Of a stretch of 64,000 nt of DNA, positions 57,338 through 64,000 are shown piece by piece. Numbering within the stretch: position 1 is the stretch's first letter; every line of letters starts with the position of its first letter. Source of the stretch: TPA_inf: Saccharomyces (Eukaryota); NCBI GenBank assembly GCA_000146045.2, contig BK006942.2, forward strand, positions 1-64,000, read 5' to 3'. Under the pieces are notes generated by a model. The model was not told where the DNA came from, made no database searches, and was given only the letters and a program-made list of their open reading frames with translations. Made by a program: the position numbers and the translations under genes.

Positions 57338-60300
57338 TTAGTTGGTACATAATCCACTATTAATACCAAGCTTGCTACCTAACGAAAATAAATACTTTGT
57401 ATTGCACGTTTTTATCATTCTGTCCTTCGCTTTTTGGTTCATATTATCATCATCCGTTACCAGCACTGCAAACTCCTTGCCTTTGTTCTTGTTTTCATCA
57501 GTCAATCTTTCAGCTTGAAACCTTTGGTTCAGTTTGGCGATAGCATCAATAACAAATTCATCGACGTGCGTCTTCCAAGTAATTTGCTCTTCGAACTCCA
57601 GATTTTCTTCAACATGTGTTGCAATATTCCCCGTGAATCTCATAGGAATAATTTTCTTTTCATCGTACAACTGGCGAATAGTAATTACCGACCTTGTTGC
57701 TGCTTCGACGACAGTATCGTCTTTCGATCCTCTTAGATAACGTAGTTCTTGAAATGTGGTCAGACAAATCGCAAATTTAAGAGTATTGTTTTTGGCTAGT
57801 TTGAAAATATGTGCAAAGTGTCTTAACCATGAGGTAGCATCGATGACAAAATAAAGCGTACAATTGTAGTTTTCGTCACTGCCTTTAGATGCGGCGGCAA
57901 TTTTATCGAAGAATATTTTCTCCCAATGCAGGCTCAAGTTGTTGTTGGCAACATCGTATATAGATTCGCCGCTTACATCCAGTGTTACACCATTACCAAC
58001 ATTGGACCATTGGCTGTAGATAAATGCACTGTTGAACCCGCCGTTTTTATCAAAACAATGATAATCTGGTGCCAATCTCGTATAACCAGTATATTCGAAA
58101 ATACTTTCACCAGAAACGACGCTCAAATTCGGTGTGGCTTGTGGGTCCATGTTAACAGCCTCGATTTCTTCATTTATTTCAATTGTGTCATATAGATCAT
58201 CTAATTCGTTGTTGTCGTTATAATTATCTTCGTCATATGCATCTAGCTTAAAGGTCAAATTCTTTAGGAAATAATCTGGAGGTATGTCATTTCGACGACA
58301 AAACACAGAAGCTTGAAAGCTTACTTTCAACCCCAAATCGGGAAATTTCTTGGCAATACCTTTCAAAAGTAAAACTGCTCTCACACTGCGCATCCAGAAT
58401 TTTTCACCAACTTCATCTTTTTCATCAAAGACTATACCATCAAGGGGAGAATCGAAAAAAAGATGGTCTTGAACGCCAGGAATTTCCATTACATCGCACT
58501 TCTTGATAGCGTCAAACCACAATGTTCCCCAACATTTCCAAATCTCCGGAAGATTTTCATTTTCGTTATAATATTCGATCAAATCATCCAGTTCCAATGA
58601 ATAAAACTTTTCCAATTCTTTTTTCAAAAAAGGGTGTAAATTATCCAGCATGTAACAAACTAATACATTACCTAAGGTCACTATTGAATTCCAAGGCATT
58701 GTCCTTCTTAAAAAATGTATCCAGAATGCTACTACTTGCTTTGAATTTACCATTTCTAATTTTTTCAAAATAGCAACTATAAAATGTAACCACGTCAAAA
58801 AGTGCGGTAAGGCAACCACTAATGGTGCATGAAGAAATTTTGTTAATACATGTATACTGCATTGTATTGACGTCATGTTGATATGATTCAAAGAATCCAG
58901 CCAAATATTGAGATTGGTTGGGATATCATTGAAACTTGAATTTAAAGCATCGATATTCTGGAAGTAGCTTTCTGAACTTATTTGAACATCGAATGGATCT
59001 GTATAGGAAGATGTTTCTGTTGCTTCGGATCTCTTTTTTTCTCTTTTATCCTTCTTTAATTTCAAATACTTAGGCAACTGAAACAATAATGCAAATGGGT
59101 TTTTAGGATTGCCAAATCCGATTAGCTGTAAAAGCTGAGATTCAGCAAATGCAGGGGCATGCCTAAAATAATAACGCAATGATTCTGGATTTTGGCAAAA
59201 CATGTCTTTTGTATCGAAAACGTCATTTCCGTTAAAATCTTTACCAAACTTGTCTTTGAAGTACATAAGCACAACATGCTGTAAATCCATATTCTCCAGG
59301 AAACTAGGTAATAGCATTACTTCAGTATGCTTTAAATAATCAATTAATTGAGAATTTCTATGGGCAATTTCATTATTGTTCGCACTACCAGAACTTCTAT
59401 CTATGAATGCAGATTGATAGATATTTTCAATCAATAACTGTAACGTTTGCTGAGACGGAGTGAAGGGATCCTGACAAAAAACACTTTTTCCCAAGTTTAC
59501 GAACGCTTCTAAACTGTTCTGTTGAACTGTGGCAATATGATAATATAGTTTTCCGCACCCATATATGTATTTCATTGATTCGGTATACCAATATTCGGCG
59601 CTTAGCCTCCAATCTATGAATCCTGATGGGTACAGCGATATTGCCATTCTAGACAAATCACCCAATCTTTGTCTCCACAAAATAGAATATTTCAACGGTA
59701 TATCCTCAAGCATATTTGAGACAGAGATGAAAGCGTATATAATAAACTGACAACATACCTCTGGGTCCATAAAGTTCGAAAAGTTCTTTAGTACATCCAA
59801 GAAGGTTATTATACCATAAACCCACAATCTTTTTTCTATTCTGTAAATATCCAAAATTTCTTGGCCCATAATCAAGTCGTTTATAGGTTGTGTAGTTAAT
59901 AATGCAGTGATGATGAAATTGATGTAATTTTTGATCAGTTCTGTGTTCAGTCTGTATATTGCCCACAAACTTTTTAGTTCTGTGGTTTGAGAGGTGGTTA
60001 AATAAAGGCATCTTTGTTGTAACTCGGTTTCCTGCACCACTATGATTTTATAAATTTCCTGCAGTTTTTTAATAAACGTCTGATTTGGCTGCGCCGAAGG
60101 AAGTTGCCTTATCATCGGCGGGGGTGAAGCAGCAACTACAGGAGCTCTTCTAATATCGGATAAAGTTACTTGGCTTTGGGGTTGCGAATTGCTATAAATA
60201 CCATTTGAAGCGACTAATGGCTCGTCAGCTCTCATTTGTGGATTTGCGTTATCTTCATAAGTGTCTCTAGAAACAACCTTCATATTTCGAGCAAGCATAG

Positions 60301-60694
60301 TTCTATTCACATAATATGGAGATTTAGGAACATCCATTGTTGGAATAGAACTGGTCTTAACTTGTGGTGTCGATTCCATAACTTTGCGAGAGATGCTCGG
60401 TCTTCTAGATGCATCATCAGTTTTGGAGGGTGTGTTTTGTGCAGAGATCTGGCTATTAGTTATTCCATCTATAAATCCTTTCCCTACGGGATCTACAATT
60501 CCAGGCACCCTTCTTTTAGCGAACGACGACTCTGGTGTATCATTGTGCGACGAAGAACTATGTCGCTTTTGATGAAGAAATGCGGCGGAGGTCGGGCGCA
60601 TATCGCTCACAATATGAGTGTGGTTGTTGTTGGATCTAGAATAATCAGTTTCATTACTAGGGTCATCATTCGCCGGCACCATTAGGTCAACCAT
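57338..60694 (-). CDS. ESL1: Est1/SMG5/6-like protein with C-terminal PIN-like region, 1118 aa
   Basis: Long ATG ORF; central Est1/14-3-3-like DNA/RNA-binding region. The symbol is from position and length. Confidence 0.7.
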
Positions 60695-61012
60695 ATTATG
60701 CGATATCCGTGGTCTTGTTGTTATGTATTGAACCTAAAAATAACGTTAGATGCTGCCAAAGATCGGCCAAAAACGACTGTAAAGTGAAGTAAAGAGTACA
60801 GAATGAAGGATGCGCCCAAGAGGGAGATGTTTTCGGAGCGTTTTGTGTCTCACAAGATGTTCTCTTCTGTTCTTTCTCACTTTAAGGATTGATTCCCTAT
60901 ATTGCAACCAAAATCACTCAATTTTTCATCATAATTTTTCAATCATTACCCGCGCCATTGTCCATCAAAAGTAATACCATTTTGGGGCCCTGAAAAGCAC
61001 ACCAATACTTAT

Positions 61013-62728
61013 TTATATTATCTCAAGATCGCTGGCACTACCGTCAGAAGTTTCTTTAGTTTCCTTGGATCCGAAATGTTTTTGCCAAACTTCTTCGCGA
61101 TGGCTTCTTTTCTTGAACCATTCGTTCTTTGAAGGTGCGAGAATGACTTTTTCCTTCTTGTAATGCAAGAGATCGTTTATAACAGTTTTTTTTTTACCGA
61201 GTAAGTTGTTCTTAGGTTCGCTCCCTGATACAGAAGACTTGAGTACTTGGGAAATTTTTCCATGAGTGGGATCGAATCCTAGGCGTTGGATAAGCCCTGT
61301 CTGGAGGGCACTTTCTGTGGTTCGTTTCATTTTCTGTCGCTCTCCGACGCTCTTATCTTCTAATCCGCTGGATTCCCTCCTTCTCATAATTTTGCCTAGT
61401 TCGCGGCTCAGTGCTGTCGATTTCTTAGTTTCTATTATTTTCCTTCTTTTATTGTCTAAGTTTGCCAGCATATCTGGATTCTGAAATTTCTCGTCGAAAA
61501 ATGCTTTGGCAGAATTACTATTCGTAAAATTGTGAGAGCTCTTTTTAAGTCTTTCCTCCTCTTCTGACAGGCGCTTACGAGTACCTTTGATTATATTAAA
61601 CCCGTTTTCCCCTTTGGCCTTATATAGGCTTGGTTGAGAGTCCACTTTCGTAGGCGCGCCCAAGGCGTACCCACCATTTAATTCAATTCTTTTAGCACTT
61701 GTTCCACGAAATTGCACTTCTCTATGGTAATCGCAACACTTATGAAGAGATATGTTAATGGGAGAGCCACATTTTTTGTGAGTCTTTTTATTCACTATGG
61801 GACACCAACCTAAATCTCTACTTGAACCTATCTCCAGGATACATTTGAAGTCATGACTAATTCGAAGGTTGAAGGATTTGATAAAATTTCCTCGCCCTGA
61901 GGGTCTCCATGGTAGTACTTCTGGGTTTAATATTGCTATCACATCACCCAGGCGAAGATTATAATATCTTTCTACACCCTTTTTCCCGAAGATATAAACA
62001 TCTAGTGTATGCTGAAAGTCCGTTATGGTGAACATGAAGAATTTGACTGGCTTTTCAGATGATGTAAATTTGATGTCCGATTTGTGGCTAATGAGGCCTA
62101 CGGTGGCCCAGTTGGCGTATTCAGGCTCTTGAAATTTAGGTGGGCGAATTTTAGCAAAAAGTTTGCCCAACCGAAGGATTTTGATCTCATGCAAAGCCCG
62201 TTTTAAGTCATCTTCAGGTATGTACCTCTTTTTAACCCAAAGATTTGAAAAGCTTTCTAATTCGTTTGTGATTATCGGCACATATTTCTTCTCATCGGTA
62301 CTGAACGTATGTACTCTTGCATTCATCATGCTTTCAAACTTGGCAATTTGTTTATCTTCGTTCTTCTTTGCGTTTTGAAATTTCTCCATAAAGTATGTGG
62401 TTGTACTAGCTGGTGGTTTTGGTTGCTGCTGTAATTGAGATAACCTTACTTCATTAATATTCGAACCTTCGAATTTTGTGCCTTGTTGTGTAGCATTATG
62501 AGACCCCACTTTCACACGGTTTTTGGTAGGAGATTGAGGTACCTCGATGGCTTCAAAATTAGGATCCTGGGGTTTCTTAAATTCTTGCTTTCTTTTTAAT
62601 CGTTCCACTAAGGCCTGCCTCTTTCGTTCCATAAATTCAAGTTCTCTCGCGATGGCTTGCTCATCCTCTTCATCAGAAGTAATATTATTGTACGGATCAA
62701 CCGCTAAAATTTCACGAGGATCATTCAT
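61013..62728 (-). CDS. MCM10: DNA replication initiation factor Mcm10, 571 aa
   Basis: The track ORF (576 aa) starts at a TTG. The first ATG at 62728 gives MNDPREILAVDPYNNITSDEEDEQAIARELEFMERKRQAL..., with the Mcm10 OB-fold/zinc-finger region (CPIVNKKTHKKCGSPINISLHKCCDYH). Confidence 0.85.
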   Translation of the reverse strand: MNDPREILAVDPYNNITSDEEDEQAIARELEFMERKRQALVERLKRKQEFKKPQDPNFEAIEVPQSPTKNRVKVGSHNATQQGTKFEGSNINEVRLSQLQQQPKPPASTTTYFMEKFQNAKKNEDKQIAKFESMMNARVHTFSTDEKKYVPIITNELESFSNLWVKKRYIPEDDLKRALHEIKILRLGKLFAKIRPPKFQEPEYANWATVGLISHKSDIKFTSSEKPVKFFMFTITDFQHTLDVYIFGKKGVERYYNLRLGDVIAILNPEVLPWRPSGRGNFIKSFNLRISHDFKCILEIGSSRDLGWCPIVNKKTHKKCGSPINISLHKCCDYHREVQFRGTSAKRIELNGGYALGAPTKVDSQPSLYKAKGENGFNIIKGTRKRLSEEEERLKKSSHNFTNSNSAKAFFDEKFQNPDMLANLDNKRRKIIETKKSTALSRELGKIMRRRESSGLEDKSVGERQKMKRTTESALQTGLIQRLGFDPTHGKISQVLKSSVSGSEPKNNLLGKKKTVINDLLHYKKEKVILAPSKNEWFKKRSHREEVWQKHFGSKETKETSDGSASDLEII

Positions 62729-63027
62729 TTCTCCACGAACCAAGTGCTTAATGTGCGTTGAAAATGTGAGGTTGAATTGACAAACTTACGTTCCTTTATC
62801 TTCGATGGCCTATAAAGTTGATATTTCTTAGTGGTGTTAGAAAAGGTGGGTTTGCGCATCCAAGAAACCCGCGTGAAAAAAAATGGCAAATAAACCCAAA
62901 ATTTGTTCATACTTAACTACTAGTACGGATGTGTCATAAATCACTTTATGTCCTCTGTAATGACATTAGTGACATTTAAAATATGTAGATGTTTCATATT
63001 TATATAATTACATTGTTTAATATTACA

Positions 63028-64000
63028 TCACTCGTTGGAAGCTTGATCATTTGCTGGACTCTCTTTAACCTTTTTGGTGTCTGGATCAGAAGATGTACCG
63101 CTCTCAATTGGCCGTTTAGATGTACTTCCAATTTCTGTTATTTTTGCTCCATCGGTGCTATTGTTAGTTAGATCGGTTACGTTGGAAAAGTTAATCGCCG
63201 CTTTGACTGCAACTTCAGGTTGAATATTGAGTGTACGTAGGGGGGCATTCGTATTGATATTAGATTGGGATGCTGTGAATGGGTTCTGAAAACTTTGAAG
63301 AGATGATGTATTAGAGGAGAAGAATGGCTTACCAAAACTAAAGGTTGGAATGGCCTTGTTACCAGCAGCGCTACTATCCACGATATTATTTTCTTTATTT
63401 GTAACCATTGACTGGCTGTCATTGAAGGAAACGTCATTCTTCACATTCTTCAATTGTTCTTGAGGTTTAAGGTTTTTTTGATTTATAAAGCCAGCGACAG
63501 CCGACGGCCTCTCAGAATTCCCCTTCGATGGACTGTTCCATAATTCTTCTTCGGCATCTTCCCCGCTACCTTTGTTATCAAGAAACGTTAAGCTTCCCGC
63601 GTTTTCTTTCAATTTCTTTCGAAATTCTTCTTCTAATTCTTCTTTACGCTTACTAATGATCTTTTGTATCCTTTCCTCGCTTGGTAACCTTATTCTTTTC
63701 TTTAAATTCTCTTCTGCTTCCTTAATTCTCCTTAACGTTTCATCTTCATATTCCTTTAGCCATTCCTTTTTCAATGTTTCGATATCTTTACTGTATTCTG
63801 CTTCTGAGCTTGTACTCTTATTTAAGGTCTCTTGTAATTTTTTTTCAAATTCCTTCGTTCTTTCGTCAATAATTCTGTCCTTTTCTTTCTCCATGTTAAC
63901 TTTCAATTTCTCAAATGCATCAGATGAGCTATTCGCAGTTTTGAAAATTTGTAACTCCTTTTTGAGTGATTCAATTTCCTCCATTAATGTCCGATAAGTG
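63028..64000 (-). CDS. MLP2: C-terminal part of a myosin-like nuclear-pore-associated coiled-coil protein; gene continues beyond the window
   Basis: Coiled-coil K/E-rich sequence followed by a disordered C-terminus; the reading frame stays open upstream past base 64000. Confidence 0.65.
   Translation of the reverse strand, partial: TYRTLMEEIESLKKELQIFKTANSSSDAFEKLKVNMEKEKDRIIDERTKEFEKKLQETLNKSTSSEAEYSKDIETLKKEWLKEYEDETLRRIKEAEENLKKRIRLPSEERIQKIISKRKEELEEEFRKKLKENAGSLTFLDNKGSGEDAEEELWNSPSKGNSERPSAVAGFINQKNLKPQEQLKNVKNDVSFNDSQSMVTNKENNIVDSSAAGNKAIPTFSFGKPFFSSNTSSLQSFQNPFTASQSNINTNAPLRTLNIQPEVAVKAAINFSNVTDLTNNSTDGAKITEIGSTSKRPIESGTSSDPDTKKVKESPANDQASNE

Noticed and set aside
1-64000. Search for CRISPR arrays, prokaryotic defence islands, operons, integrons
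   Set aside because: Sequence is yeast nuclear DNA (telomere repeats, spliceosomal introns with GTATGT/TACTAAC, monocistronic genes). No direct-repeat/spacer architecture is present.
1-64000. tRNA genes and Ty LTRs
   Set aside because: I scanned intergenic regions for B-box-like GGTTCGANTCC and TGTTG...CAACA LTR termini and found none convincing. A computational tRNAscan would be decisive.

Overview
This window is the left end of Saccharomyces cerevisiae chromosome IX (TEL09L and about 56 kb of adjacent chromosome arm). It is eukaryotic nuclear DNA, not prokaryotic, so CRISPR arrays, operons and similar systems do not apply. From base 1 it runs: terminal C1-3A telomere repeats; a Y' element carrying an intron-split helicase ORF with an internal 36-nt tandem array; an X element with an ACS and an Abf1 site; then the genes PAU14, VTH1, IMA3, HXT12 (frameshift pseudogene), YIL169C (repeat-rich Ser/Thr wall protein), SDL1 (nonsense pseudogene), SOA1, NIT1 (nonsense pseudogene), SUC2, YIL161W, POT1, BNR1, AIM20, COA1, YIL156W-B (tiny intron-containing gene), UBP7, GUT2, IMP2', RRD1, VPR1, ESL1, MCM10 and the 3' end of MLP2. 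Gene order, spacing and ORF lengths fit the well-characterised reference arrangement as I remember it. I see no inserted foreign or novel system, and I say so rather than invent one. The most interesting real signals are three independently disabled metabolic genes in the subtelomere; recognisable promoter elements (Mig1 sites and TATA at SUC2, an ORE at POT1, a triplicated Rgt1-like repeat upstream of HXT12); several coding tandem repeats and CAG tracts; and an unannotated small spliced gene with two branchpoint boxes. The supplied ORF track uses alternative start codons (TTG/GTG rendered as M), so I corrected several starts to the internal ATG. Coordinates for the Y', X and repeat boundaries are approximate. 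Gene names rest on recognising the protein sequences and on position, not on any database search.
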